From Eledone cirrhosa (Eukaryota): a stretch of 64,000 nt of DNA. Below, piece after piece: positions 1 through 13,304 of the stretch. Each line of letters opens with the position of its first letter. Position 1 is the first letter of the stretch. The notes beneath the pieces are model-generated. The model ran no database searches, was not told the DNA's origin, and saw only the letters and a list, made by a program, of their open reading frames with translations. The translations under genes and the position numbers were made by a program. The stretch lies in NCBI GenBank assembly GCA_964016885.1, contig OZ024741.1, positions 358,360,001 through 358,424,000 on the forward strand, written 5' to 3'.

Positions 1-1030
1 TCTACTGTTTTTAGTTTTAGAGTTGTAGCCAGGAGAAAGTCAGGATGTTCAGAGAAAGCCTCACAGGCCTCGTAGTGACCCAAAACGCACACCTTGCTTC
101 TTAGCAGGACTTCAAAGATCGATCAAGTCGAACCCATCAAAATCGATGATGAAGTTGGCTCAAGATCGAGGAACCTGTAAAATGATCCTTTCTAGGGCTG
201 TGAGACAAAATCTTGATATGAAATCGTACGCGAGGAGATACCGTAACATCCTAACTACCTACTCTAAAGCCATTCGAGTTGAAAGAAGTCCCAAACTTCT
301 TAGTCATCTGAAACATCGTGGCGGAGTCGTTCGTCGATGAAAAGAAGTTCATGGTAGCTGAAGTTGCAAATCGTCCAAACTCATGAATGATAGCGTATGG
401 CCCTTCTAAAGTCCCTTTGGCTATGAATAGCAACAATAAGGCTTCCATTATGGTCTTTGAAGCTGTTGCAAGGGATGGGGAAAGGATGTCTCCTAATTTT
501 ATTGAAGCAGGTTTTAAAATCAACACAGCAGAATATCTCATAATCTTAGAAGTTTTGTTGCCTTGGATTAGGAAGCATTAGGATGCAAGTCGAGCCATGT
601 TTGTTCAGGACTCCGCATTCGTCCGTTCTTCGAAAAGAATTTTGTAAGAATTTTTTAAGAAGGAATTGCCGATGTTTGTCCCTAAAGATATCTGGCCCTC
701 TAGCTCGCCAGATTTGAATCCGTGTAATCTTCGGCTAAGGGGCGCAGTTGAACCAATGTCCAGCTCAACTTCTCACAACCGTGTATCTTCACTGCAGTCT
801 TCGATCAAGAGAGAATTTGGTAAAACGAAAAACGAAGAAATAGTTAAGGCATGCGCATCATTTCCTAAACGGATTGAGCTAGTAAAGAAAGGAAATGCTG
901 GTCACATTGAACTAAAATAAGTGCTAAATACTCCACATAAATTGGCATAATCATGAAATTTGAAGTGATTGATTTTTTCGAGTTGTACCAATTATAATAA
1001 AGATATTTAAATGGTCTCAATTACGGTGAA
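1..1030 (+). mobile_element. Degenerate Tc1/mariner transposon (maT/DD37D-like), 3' part; transposase disrupted
   Basis: Fragments FVDEKKF, SIMVFEAVARDG, FVQDSA and WPSSSPDLNPCN. About 37-38 residues separate the second D from the third catalytic position. Stops and frameshifts are present, and the 3' end is cut by a SINE. Confidence 0.85.
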
Positions 1031-1212
1031 TTGGCAGTATCGGTAGAGGGTTGGACGCCATGCTTTCTAGCATAGTTACGTCCATTTACGGTCTGAGTTC
1101 AAATCCTGTCAAGGTTAACTTTGCTTTTCATCCTTATGGGGTCGATAAAATAAAGTACCAGTAATGTACTGGGTAATTGCTGGCCTTATTCCAAAAGTAG
1201 AAACAATTATTA
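1030..1212 (+). mobile_element. tRNA-derived SINE family A
   Basis: Head ttggcagtatcggtagag, B-box-like gagttcaaatcc, body gtaccagtaatgtactggg and an ATT tail. More than 10 copies occur in the window. Confidence 0.8.
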
Positions 1213-1239
1213 CTAAAGTCCGATTCATAACCAATATGT

Positions 1240-1540
1240 GTAAGAAGTGATAGAAACAACCAGAAAAGGGGCAGTGCTTAAAAGATTACCTTAATGTACT
1301 AAGTAGGGTCATATTTACTATAATAGAAATAATAGGAATTCCCGTGTAAGCAAGTAGAGAGAGATTCAGATTCCCTATTTAAGATTGGTAAATGAAATTT
1401 TATTATCAGGAGGCATCTACGGTTGCCTGGCCTGAGTGACCCTAAGTATATTCCATTTAAGGGAGTATTCAATATTAGCATCTTTTAATTCCCATATGTA
1501 ACGGGCTAGTGAGGTAGAACATTTTATGTTTATACTAGAG
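1240..1540 (-). mobile_element. PLE fragment, C-terminus of GIY-YIG endonuclease
   Basis: STSLARYIWELKDANIEYSLKWNILR resembles STALSDLIWKLK...YSLAWYIIR at 24840-24915. Confidence 0.65.
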
Positions 1541-4352
1541 GTTAAATCACAGTTTGCTCTTTGACAGTACCTGACAGCTACCCGTGCGAGATTATGCAAA
1601 GATTCATTTGGGAAACAGGAATGGTGATTGTGCTGAAAAGTGAACACCGATAAACAGCTGTCTCAGTTTTCAGTGTTTGTTCGCCTAGCGGAGGAACTGA
1701 CCATCAGGTCAACGTCAGGGGACCTCTACCACCATCAATGAAGCACTACATCAGTGAGAGTCCTGGAAAGTCATCACAGTATTTCAGCAGGTAAAAAAAA
1801 AACATGATTGGTACAAACAACAGCTTCACAGTTAGAGATCGTGATTTTCTGACCCTGCATGTTGCTAAAGAAGGATCAAATTCTCTCTACGAAGATGATG
1901 TTATATGACATAATGGACGAGCATCCTCCGATGTCAGGACTAGGGGTGGCGGACTATCTCGACCAAAGAGATCATATATCTTCGGCTCTCTAAACTACCG
2001 CTCACTCACATCCTACTTTTCCTGTGAGGAGTTCAACAAGCATAACACATATAACAGTGCAATAGTATGTGTTCAAGAACACTGATTTATCTACAATAAA
2101 AATGATACAGACATAATCGCCTATAACATTGGCAAAACACTGTTTACTGCATCAACATAGAACAATAACATCGGTGTTGCAGCTGGAGAGTTGTGCTTGA
2201 GAGTACAAACATACCTTCTTCCTCTACTAACAAAGGTAACGAAGGTCAACGCCCGGATTGTCACAGCAGTATTCAAGGGAAATCAAAAACTGATGTTATA
2301 AGTTGCTTTTCATCCCACAATCACCTACTGGAAGAGGAAGTAGAACAGTTTTACCACCAACTGAGTGTCACTGTCTCTGAAGTATCTCCTCATGCCATGC
2401 TAATTATTGGAAGAGACTTAAATGCACATATTAGAGGCAAAGTTTTATAGCACCAGGGTACAACATAATCTCCTAGTTGGATATACCACTTTCCATAAAC
2501 TAAAACGGAAACTATAGACTTGAAGACACCCAGCTGGGCAACCTTCCCCAAATTGATCTTATCGTTTATAGGAAACTATGGAGAAACAGCATTCAAGGTT
2601 GTCGGGCAGATACTTCCTCTGCGGAGGAGATCGCAACATGAAAACAACCAAAGTTAAACTCATCCTTCGTTCAAACAGGAAATTTAGTAAGAAACAGTTA
2701 TAATGTAGTGCGCTGAGGGAAGATATCAAACTTGCAAGAACAATCTATAATGATCACACTCTGTGGAAAGTGCAGCAATGGCTAGAGTCAGAAGCGATCC
2801 CCTCAAATCCTCAGTTTCAGATGTGCAGCATCACCAGACAATTCCTTTAGGGTGAACGAATCAACCAAACCCTGGCTGATTTGAGAATAGAAACAGCAAC
2901 ACACCCAGAGAAGCCTGGAAACTGATAAAAGCACTTTCTGATAAGAAGAGGAAGAATGTTATATATATCCAAAAGAAAGACCATCTTGTGACTTGGAGGG
3001 AGCACTTTCACAAACTCCTGTTAACTGACAATCATAGTGAACCAGATGTTGTGATTGACCCAGTATTTGAACTCCATCTAGAGATAAACATTACTGAATA
3101 CTTCATAGAAGCGGTGGACAATTCATTAAAGGCAATGAAATCAGGCAAACCTCCTGAGCTTGGCCTAACTGTAGACCTTTGTAAACTATTCAAAGCTCAG
3201 AAGTTTCTAAGAGATTTCTGCATCAAAACCTTTTAAGGACACCGGCCTAAGGAATAGGGAATATCAAGAATTATACCAATACCAAAGAAAGGTGACCTTA
3301 CCCTCTGCACCAACTATAGAGATATCAGTCTTACGCAAATTGCAGCAAAGACTTACAATGGGATGATCCTGAATAGGATATTACCAAGTATCGACAACAC
3401 TCTATGTTCCAGTCCAAAATGGATTTTGGCCATTTTGCTCTACTGCCTCGCATATTTTGGCTCTAAGACGGATTATTGAGGAGATACAGAATCACAAGAA
3501 GGAGGCAACAATTGTATTTATAGATTTCAAGAAGGCTTTTGATTCGATTGACTGAAAGATGTTCAAAATCATTCTTGATTATGCGATACCCTATCAGATC
3601 GTAAATGCGATTAAAGTCATGTATGAGAATACTTTAGCACCTGTGATGACACCCGAGGGAGATCCAGACCTATGCTCCATTGATACCGAAGTCCTCCATG
3701 GGGATTCTCTGATCTCTTTCCTTTTTGTGATATGCCTTGACTATGCATTGCATAATGCCATTGTACCATCGGACGGAATAATGCTGAAAAGTCGACAAAG
3801 TACCCGACGTCTGGAGCAAGTTCTACCGGAAATGGCTTATGCAGATAACACAACTCTCCTGGAAAATACCCGCAAAGAAGGTGTGGAAGTGCTACACAGA
3901 GTGGAAGCTGCAGCACAGTCCATTGGACACTTGTTGAATGCTGGCAAAAGAAAATTCATGCATTTCAATGCAACGACCATCTCTCTCGACAGATGTGAGT
4001 CATGGACACTGACTAAAAACCTACAATGAAGATGAATGGCACATTCCCCAGAATGCTGACAAAGGTCCAGAACATATCCTGGAGAATACACATAGCACAG
4101 AAATCGATATACAGCTCGCACCCTCACCTATCTGACATCATAAAGCATATGAGGCTTGCATTAGCCGGACATATGAGATGTCATAATGAGCCTGCTAGCA
4201 GAGTTCTTTGCAGGAAAACTGATGCGCTGGGAAACCAACCACAACTCTGAAGGATGTTCTTGGGGGAAATTCAGACGGCAATGCTAGACAGGATGAGCTG
4301 GAGGAGGAACTTCGTCACAGAACTGGTAACGGGTGTAGAGAAGATGAAATAA
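1541..4352 (+). mobile_element. RTE-like non-LTR retrotransposon (APE + RT), decayed
   Basis: APE motifs GSLNYRSL, VQEH and IIGRDLNAH. RT motifs NYRDISL, FIDFKKAFDSID and MAYADN. C-terminal CESWTLT...LAGHMRCH. Many stops. Confidence 0.9.
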
Positions 4353-4850
4353 TCAGTTAGATTAGGGGTGGTTGAGAATGATATTTTGACCGTATTTTTA
4401 TTAAGTAACTTATGGTATTAATGAGATTAAGGAAAGTTCTTCTCAACTATACAAAAATATACACACACCCGCACTCACACACGCACACATACACACATAT
4501 ATAAGCGCGCACATACACGCACACACGCATATATAAGTAATTTAATTGGAAAATTATGTGAAATATAATTGATAAATGATGTCAAAGCTCTTTTGCATTG
4601 ACCCCAGTTTACCGGAGTAAATGACTTCAAATAAGTGTGATCAATAATTTTAATAAAGGGGTATAATCGATTGAGTGTATTAGAGGTGCGTATACATACA
4701 TACATGATGGCTGCAAACTACTAAGAGTACTTCAATCGCTTGTCAGATTATAGAGTTTGGTGCACTTTTAGGCTACGGCCAGCCACACAAACCTGTAACA
4801 TATCCTGAACAAGCAATGCATACATACATACACACACACATACATACATG

Positions 4851-5380
4851 ATATGGCTGCCCCATCGTTATCGAGTATGGCCATTGCACGATATACCATT
4901 ATTAATAAGTATTAATTAATTCTATCGTGCAATGCCTGTGCGTGAAGATATTTTTTAAAGTGAGGAAAGACTGTGCACTGAGCCAATCCCACTCTCTGAG
5001 CGACAGTAGCTATAACCCGAAAAGAAGAGATCAACATCATCGGTAACTACTGAGCCGCAGGTTTTATATCGGAGTTATCCCAGTTTCCTGAGTTGCCTTC
5101 TCCTAGAAGAAATCCCTGACAAAGGCTAGGGGTCTTTCACTCCCAGTGGTTTAACCGCGCGGTACATGTGTATATACATATTTACACACTTTTGGATGGT
5201 CGTTTGCTATTATGAGTTCTTCCGCCCTTTGTCAGGTTTTGTTTTTTTGTCCTGCAGGGTGTCGAAAATCACCCTCCTCACCAAGTAAACTTGGTGGGGT
5301 TGCCGGTTTAGTCGCCGATGACCCGACCATGTGACAGGTTGTACTGGGTTACATGTTACCAGTAACACTCAAGAGTGACT
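4851..5380 (-). mobile_element. Short non-autonomous retroelement (RTE-like UTR motifs) within (TACA)n
   Basis: Homologous at both ends to 61812-62420 in the opposite orientation. Carries a ggagaaggcaactc-like motif and is absent from the partner palindrome arm. Confidence 0.6.
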
Positions 5381-5821
5381 CGACATACATACATAGATAC
5401 ATACACCCACACATACATACATAGATATACATACATACACCCACACATACATACATAGATACACACACAGATACATATATAAGAAATATAATTGAAAAAT
5501 AATGTCAACTACTGTTGTAAAATGTTGTCATAATTGAAATATTAGGTGAAACCACTTCTACATTTTTACACTTCCCTCTTAAATATGTATTTTCACTGAA
5601 GCAGAAATTAGTTGTGAGGGATTTCATTGAAATGCAACAAATTATGTAGGAAAAAATAGTCAGAAAAATTTCCTTCCTTGAAAATCGTTATCTCTGTCCC
5701 ATTGATATTTGAATATGAACTATATAACCCAATATTGGTCCCCGATGAGAGCCAAGAACGCTATAGCATTAATGAAGTTGAAAGAGTCGAATAACAATTT
5801 TCAATTATAAATATATATGTA

Positions 5822-6300
5822 CGAAGAATCGCAGCAGAGACAGTAAAGGCGTCCAAAGTTAAGACACGGGAGGATTTTGGGGTTAAGCTGGAATCCGACT
5901 TCAGATCAGCAAATAAAGTATTCTTGTAGACCATCCGCTGACATCGTAATAAGAAGTCATCCTCCACATTTGCTATCAGGAACGCATCTGAGGTAAATCA
6001 GAGAGGTAAATCCTCGTGAGGTGGAGAGAATACTTTGCTGATCTCCTAAACCCGATCACAACATCTTCTGAAGTACATGATGTGCATCTGGGAGCGGTGA
6101 CCAATCTCTCGGAGGCTGAGGTCACAAGAGCTGTTAAAGAGCTCAAATGTAAAAAGGCCGCTGGGGAAGATGAAATGCGTCCCAAGATGTTAAAAGCCTT
6201 AAATAGAGGTGTTCTCTGCCTGACTTCAATGTGCTGAATGGCATGGGTCTTTGGAAAGGTACCTAAGCAATGGCAATCGGGGGTGATAATCCTAATTTTC
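5822..6300 (+). mobile_element. RTE-like LINE internal fragment at the palindrome centre
   Basis: RWREYFADLLN, KAAGEDEMRPKMLK and VPKQWQSGVIIPIF. Confidence 0.8.
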
Positions 6301-6545
6301 AATCCCAATTCGACTCACAATCGATCAGAGATAAGGATTTTCAAGGAAGGAAAATTTTCTATTTTTTTCCTACATAATTTGTTGCATTTCAATGACATTT
6401 CTCACAACTAATTTCCGCCTCAGTGAAAATACATATTTAACAGTGAAGTGTAAAAATGTAGAAGTGGTTTCACCTAATATTTCAATTATGACAACATTTT
6501 ACAATAGTATTTAACATTATTTTTCAATTATATTTCTTATATATG

Positions 6546-6596
<51 letters not shown>

Positions 6597-6996
6597 ATGT
6601 ATACGCACCCCTAATACACTCAATCGATTATTCCACTTTATTAAATTTATTGATCACACTTACTTGAAGTTATTTACTCCGGTAAACAGGACAATGCAAA
6701 AGAGCTTTGACATCATTTATCAATTATTTTTCACATAATTTTCCAATTAAATTACTTATATATATGTGTATGCGTGTATGCTTGTATGTGCGCGCATATG
6801 TATATATATATGTGTATGTGTGTATGTGCGCGCATATATATATATGTGTGTATGTGTGCATGTGTGAGTGTGGGTGTGTGTGTATTTTTGTATAGTTGAG
6901 AAGAACTTTTCCCAATCTCATTAATGCCATAAGTTACTTAATAAAAATACGGTCAAAAAATTATTCTCACCCCCTCCCCCCTAATCTAGCTGATAA

Positions 6997-8985
6997 CACC
7001 GTGTAACATATTTTTTATTCCCCGGTTCTAAGTGTCATTTCATGGTTTGTTATATCCCATTATTATTAAAAAAACGGTATTTTTTAATCAGAAGTTTGGG
7101 TTTGTGGTCAGGAGTTTGATATTTCGAAATTTTCATATTTTTCAAGAAAAAACACATTTTTTTTCAAATTTATCAGTTCATATAATTAAAGCAACAGAGT
7201 ATATATTTATTTTATTACACAAGCTTATCAAAAGCAAACAAGTAAACACAAATAACACTTATAAAGCAACTTATACACGTCAGAAATGACTGGATTTCCT
7301 GTATTTGCGGTTGTAGTCCTGGTCGCATTCCCGCACTAGCCCCCAGATATAGTCCCCCATCATTTTTTCATTATAGTGGCCCTAGTACCTCCGCTCTATC
7401 TCTTTCACATCTTGGTGGAATCGTTCGCCTTGTTCTTCTGAGTAGGCGCCCATATTGTCCTTGAATTTTTCCAGATGAGAGTCCATCATATGGCGTTTAA
7501 GCGACATCCTGCATCCATGGCGCCAAAAGCTTTTATCAGATCCTGCACCAGTTGCTGGTAGTTTTCAGCTCTGTAGTTTCCCAGGAAGCCCTTAACAACT
7601 GCATTGAAACAGTTCCATGCTGTTCTCTCAATCCTATTGAGCTTATTGGAGAACTCGGTAGACTCAAACACCTTCTTTATCTGAGGTCCAACAAAAATTC
7701 CACCTTTGATTTTGGCCTCAGATAACTTGGGGAAGAACTCAAGAAGGTACTTAAAAGCGACTGATTCTTGGTTGAGAGCCTTCACAAACTGCTTCATCAA
7801 CCCCAACTTAATGTGCAGTGGCGGCATGAGCACAATCCTGAGATCAACCAGTGGCTCCCACATGACGTTCCGGGTCCCAACTACAAATTATGTTCGCTGC
7901 TCCCAGTTCTTTCTTTTGTAGTTGTCAGGTGGCTCTGCTGTCCCAAAGGCAGAGGAAGCATTGGAATTTGATAAAGCCTCCTTGGAGTCCAAGCAGGAAA
8001 GCCACCATCTTGAAGTCTCCAATGATTTCCCAATTGTACTGGTTGTATTGCAGAGCTTCCAAGAGGATTTTCACACTGTAGTAATCTTCCTTCAGGCAGA
8101 CTGAATGAGCTAGGGGCAGTGTCGGGAACTTGTTTCCATTGTGGAGGAGGACAGCCTTCAAACTTGTGGTGGAGCTGTCTATAAATATCCACCACTCATT
8201 GGGCACAAACGGCACCCCAATACCGTCAAACAGTCTAGGCATGTCATGGGAGAAGCAGAGGCCATCCCTAAGAGTGTAAAAGCCTGAGAAAGGTTCGTGT
8301 CGACTTCTCTGACTTGTCACCTGCACTTCCTCCTTGACCAAGTTCCACTGCTTCATCCTGGAGACGAATAGCTCTGCATTGGACTTGGTCAGACCCATAT
8401 CCCTGACCAAGTCATTGACTTCTTTTTGGTTTGGGAAGGGAGGAACTTTTTCTGGTACCTCAGGCTGGTAATCCAAGTCCTCAGCATCCATCTCCTCCTC
8501 TTCATCAGAATACTTGTCTTGGAAAATAAATTTGATATGCAATACAAAATAAATATTGGAAAGGGAAATACATATTTAAATAATATAAAAGAACACTAAT
8601 CATACTAATGAAAATTCGTGCTTAAAACACAGCTTACCCTTTATTCAGGGTGCGAAAATCCAGTATCAATAAATCTCTTTAATCCACTTTTTAACAATTT
8701 TATACTTTATTGCACTTTTATAATTTTCTTTAGGTATTACTCTTTATTTTATAATTTTAATTTAACCTGAAACATATATAAAACAATCATTTAACATAAG
8801 CAAATTAAACTTACATACAACGTAAAATCCAGCATACAAATAATTCTAGTGAATTTTTACAAACCCAAACTTTTAACCGTTTAATAGCACTTTTTTTTAT
8901 TTATTTGGGACCTAAGCAAAAAAGTGATTACAAAAAAGTGATTACAAGCCAGGAACAGAGAACATTTTTTTTTTGTTACACGGTG
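6997..8985 (-). mobile_element. Chapaev3-type (CMC) DNA transposon, internally deleted
   Basis: 12-bp TIR CACCGTGTAACA/TGTTACACGGTG with a 3-bp TWA target (TAA/TTA). The empty site is visible in the other palindrome arm near 4345-4356. Confidence 0.85.
7280..8542 (-). pseudogene. Chapaev3-type transposase remnant
   Basis: WWIFIDSSTTSLKAVLLHNGN, GDFKMVAFLLGLQGG..CFLCLWDSRA, PPLHIKLGLMKQFVKAL and SEEQGERFHQD. Frameshifts and stops; the N-terminal zinc finger is missing. Confidence 0.85.
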
Positions 8986-10707
8986 TTATTTCATCTTCTC
9001 TACATCTATTACCAGTTCTGTGACGAAGTTCCTCCTCCAGCTCATCCTGTCTAGAGCTTTGGGTAGTTTCTATATATCTACAGTTAGGCCATCCATTCCA
9101 GGAGCTTTGCCTGATTTCATTGCCTTTAATGCATTGTCTATGAAGTATTCAGTAATGTTTATCTCTGGATGGAGTTCAAATACTGGGTCATTCACTACAT
9201 CTGGCTCACTATGATTGACAGTTGACAGGAGTTTGTGAAAGTGCTCCCTCCAAGTCACAAGATGGTCTTCCTCTTGGATATATATAACATTCTTCCTCAT
9301 CTTATCAGAAAGTGCTTTTATCAGTTTCCAGGCTTCTCTGGGTGTGTTGCTGTTTCTATTCTCAAATCAGCCAGGGTTTGGTTGATTCGTTCACCCTAAA
9401 GGAATTGTCTGGTGATGCTGCACATCTGAAACTGAGGATTTGAGGGGATCGCTTCTGACTCTAGCCATTGCTGCACTTTCCACAGAGTGTGATCATTATA
9501 GATTGTTCTTGCAAGTTTGATATCTTCCCTCAGCGCACTACATTATAACTGTTTCTTACTAAATTTCCTGTTTGAAAGAAGGATGAGTTTAACTTTGGCT
9601 GTTTTCATGTTGCGATCTCCTCCGCAGAGGAAGTATCTGCCCGACAACCTTGAATGCTGTTTCTCCATAGTTTCCTATAAACGATAAGATCAATTTGGGG
9701 AAGGTTGCCCAGCTGGGTGTCTTCAAGTCTATAGTTTCCGTTTTAGTTTATGGAAAGTGGTATATCCAACTAGGAGATTATGTTGTACCCTGGTGCTATA
9801 AAACTTTGCCTCTAATATGTGCATTTAAGTCTCCTCCAATAATTAGCATGGCATGAGGAGATACTTCAGAGACAGTGACACTCAGTTGGTGGTAAAACTG
9901 TTCTACTTCCTCTTCCAGTAGGTGATTGTGGGATGAAAAGCAACTTATAACATCAGTTTTTGATTTCCCTTGAATACTGCTGTGACAATCCGGGCGTTGA
10001 CCTTCGTTACCTTTGTTAGTAGAGGAAGAAGGTATGTTTGTACTCTCAAGCACAACTCTCCAGCTGCAACACCGATGTTATTGTTCTATGTTGATGCAGT
10101 AAACAGTGTTTTGCCAATGTTATAGGCGATTATGTCTGTATCGTTTTCATTGTAGATAAATCAGTGTTCTTGAACACATACTATTGCACTGTTATATGTG
10201 TTATGCTTGTTGAACTCCTCACAGGAAAAGTAGGATGTGAGTGAGCGGTAGTTTAGAGAGCCGAAGATATATGATCTCTTTGGTCGAGATAGTCCGCCAC
10301 CCCTAGTCCTGACATCGGAGGATGCTCGTCCATTATGTCATATAACATCATCTTCGTAGAGAGAATTTGATCCTTCTTTAGCAACATGCAGGGTCAGAAA
10401 ATCACGATCTCTAACTGTGAAGCTGTTGTTTGTACCAATCATGTTTTTTTTTTACCTGCTGAAATACTGTGATGACTTTCCAGGACTCTCACTGATGTAG
10501 TGCTTCATTGATGGTGGTAGAGGTCCCCTGACGTTGACCTGATGGTCAGTTCCTCCGCTAGGCGAACAAACACTGAAAACTGAGACAGCTGTTTATCGGT
10601 GTTCACTTTTCAGCACAATCACCATTCCTGTTTCCCAAATGAATCTTTGCATGACCTCGCACGGGTAGCTGTCAGGTACTGTCAAAGAGCAAACTGTGAT
10701 TTAACCT
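8986..10707 (-). mobile_element. Inverted copy of the RTE-like LINE with ~1.1-kb deletion of the RT
   Basis: Reverse complement of 1541-3197 joined directly to 4284-4352. Confidence 0.9.
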
Positions 10708-11243
10708 TTAGGAGATTAGTATCAGTGTACATATATATATTATCAAAAATGACAATAAATGCCGGTGTGTGTTGTGACAAGGTTTTACTTCACAGAAGTC
10801 AAATGAATTAATATAAATAATTTGTTACCCGTTGGTCACAACTCCCAGACTGGAGTGTGTAGAGAAGAACAGAAATCTTCTCTTGGAGGTGTTAGTATTT
10901 CTTTAGGCTGCCGGTATTCTTCTTCTTGTTGGCGAAGAAAGTGAGACAGGAGTCATTCTTCTTCTGGTTGGCGAAGGAAGTGAGTCAGGAGTCATCTCTT
11001 GACGAGGTCTCAAGTGTTGTTGTCACTTCGGATTTCAGGATGCGAGAGAGACTGATTGCTTGCCAGCCCTCAGATTTATAGTCCCCAGGGGGACGCAACT
11101 CCATTTAGTACCTGAATCTGCCAATGGGGGTCGCGCCTGTCGCAAAGGGACGTAACTCCTATACGTGCTGAGTTACGACCGTCGTAAAGGGACGCAACTC
11201 CCATACGTGCTGAGTCACAGCCGTAACGGGTCGCTACGCTACA
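10708..11243 (-). mobile_element. Probable solo LTR
   Basis: 5-bp TSD AACCT (10703-10707 and 11244-11248), single copy at the empty site in the left arm. Minus strand starts TGTAGCG and has TATA-like CTATAAAT plus short internal tandem repeats. The terminal CA is not intact. Confidence 0.55.
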
Positions 11244-11926
11244 AACCTCTAGTAATAACATAAAAAAGCTCTATCTCACTAGCCCGTTACATATGGGAAT
11301 TGAAAGATGCTAATATTGAATACTCCCTTAAATGGAATATACGTAGGGTCACGTATTTATTTTAAAATAAACTGCATCACATGATTTAATTATTACGAGA
11401 TTGAAGTATGGTACTTGTCTTAGATTCATTTACAATCTTTCTTATGTCCCCGTGAGTAATTAGATATGTCTATCTACGAAACTGTCATATCCGCATACTT
11501 GTATATGATCTCTTACCACAGTGAAGGCTGGCTAAGCTATAGTCGACTAATCTGTGTTTACTACACAGATATATATATTCGATCGATCACTGTCAAACGC
11601 AAACATCGTATTTAACACGGGGACGTTTATGTTAATGACACCGGTTGACAATATAACAACATGTCTGTTTATATACCTATAGCGATTATTTGTTGAGTCG
11701 ATGTTGGTAGTGGATTGTGTTGTGGTGTTAATTCATTTGTTGCGTGTGTGCTCACTTGTAGCTTGCTGTGTCGAGTGGTTGCTGTTGTGTGATACAATGT
11801 GACCAAAGGTTGCATGTGTGCAGGTAAGTAAGTGTTCAATAAAATGATGATGATGATATGATAGTTCCTTGATCATGCAGAAAATGAATATATATATAAA
11901 TGAAGCACGATGACACCAAACCACTA

Positions 11927-12578
11927 ACTAGCAGTGGTACCCGGCGTTGCACGGGATAAGGTATTTTGGAACGCGGGCCGCCAACAGAACTAATCGTGGA
12001 AAAACTGCATGCCTGGACAATATGTAAAGAAAATAAACCGAATACTCTGATGGCTGGATAATCTTTAAGATTTTCCTCGATGAAGCAGGAAAATGCAGGT
12101 TTTTACCTAATACGGGCTCTAGGGGATTAAGAAAATCAATTTTTTATGTGCATAATATGCCCTGAAATTTCGGGAAAATCGGCTAGACGAAACGCCTCAA
12201 AAAAGCCCTAAAAAGCTGAAAAAATGAAGTTTATCACCTAATGCTGGCTCTAGGCCATAAAAAAGCAGGATTTTCTTTGCTCACGGTATGAAGAAGTTAC
12301 ATAGTTACAATTTCAAGAAAATCGGTCTGGCGTAACGCCTCAGAAAACCCCTAAAAAGCTGAAAAAACGCAGTTTTTCCCCTAAGCGGGCCCTAGGGGAT
12401 AAACAGTTGAATTTTTTTAATGTGCATAACACTCCCTGAAACATAAGTAATACACATGTAAAGTTTGAAAAAAATCAGTTGGGTACTTCTCGGGTTTCAC
12501 CTCCCCCCACACACATACACACATACACACATACATACATACATCCTTCCTCAGTTTTATATATATACATATATAGAT
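11927..12578 (-). mobile_element. Non-autonomous Helitron-like element
   Basis: Minus strand starts TCTATATAT..AAAACTGAGG and ends with hairpin CCCGTGCAACGCCGGG followed by CTAG. Internal ~120-bp repeats; homolog at 38738-39343. Confidence 0.75.
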
Positions 12579-12594
12579 TAAAATAACAGATTAA

Positions 12595-12645
12595 AGTTTA
12601 AGCAAAGGATCGTTGCTTTCACCCTTAATGGGATCTTCTGAAACT
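12595..12645 (-). ncRNA. Hammerhead-like ribozyme motif with variant core CAGAAGA
   Basis: AGTTT-CAGAAGA-TCCC attaa GGGT-GAA-AGCAA cgatcct TTGCT-T-AAACT; stems I, II and III pair. Confidence 0.65.
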
Positions 12646-12840
12646 AAAAACATCAATCTGTGAACGCAGAAGTAAATATTTCGAAAAACGTTGCAGCCGA
12701 AGGAAAACAGGAAGACGATACTTTGGTTCGTGAAGACGTTCCCTAGCAATGAACGGAAAATAGCGAACATAATACGTCATCAATGTTCGTCAGATTGTCG
12801 TAATGCAGACAGTCAGGCATACAGACAGATATTATAAGAG

Positions 12841-12950
12841 TTTAAATCCTGCCGAGGTTAACTTTGCCTTTCATCCTTACGGGGTCGATAAAATAAAGTA
12901 CCAGTAATGCATTGGGTAATTGCTGGCCTTGTGCCAAAAGTAGAAACAAT
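12841..12950 (+). mobile_element. SINE family A, 5'-truncated, with TSD
   Basis: Family A body flanked by TTATAAGAG direct repeats. Confidence 0.75.
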
Positions 12951-13304
12951 TATAAGAGCGCTACGGAGATGGATAACCGGCGCCTAACACCCCTTTAACA
13001 ACAGAAAATTGAAAAATAAAAGCTGTAGTTAATATCTTTAGACCACAAGGAATATATAAATGCAAGTTTGAAATCAATCGGAGTAGAAATGTGGATTTGT
13101 ATAGACTTTGCAAAAATGAGGGGACACACACAGACAACAACAATTTTATATATATATATAGATAAGATAAGATATATAGATAGATAACTCACACCGGAAT
13201 TATACGAAAAATAGACAAGAATTATGTACGTTATTTGTTGGTTTATAAAAGTAGAATTAAATTGTATTTACCAAAAAAACTTCATGAACTTCACTGTCTT
13301 GACT

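Larger units (their letters stand above)
1436..11352. repeat. ~10-kb interrupted inverted duplication (arms 1436-5696 and 6326-11352)
   Basis: Reverse-complement blocks: 1436-1540/11249-11352, 1541-3197/9054-10707, 4284-4352/8986-9055, 4353-4700/6600-6996, 5465-5696/6326-6550. Confidence 0.9.

Noticed and set aside
5600-5800. Hammerhead-like words (CTGAAGC..GAAA, CCGATGA..GAAAGAGTC) near the palindrome centre
   Set aside because: I could not establish convincing stems I and II.
11085-11225. ~40-bp repeats as a CRISPR or iteron array
   Set aside because: Only about three imperfect tandem copies inside a probable LTR, typical of LTR enhancer repeats.
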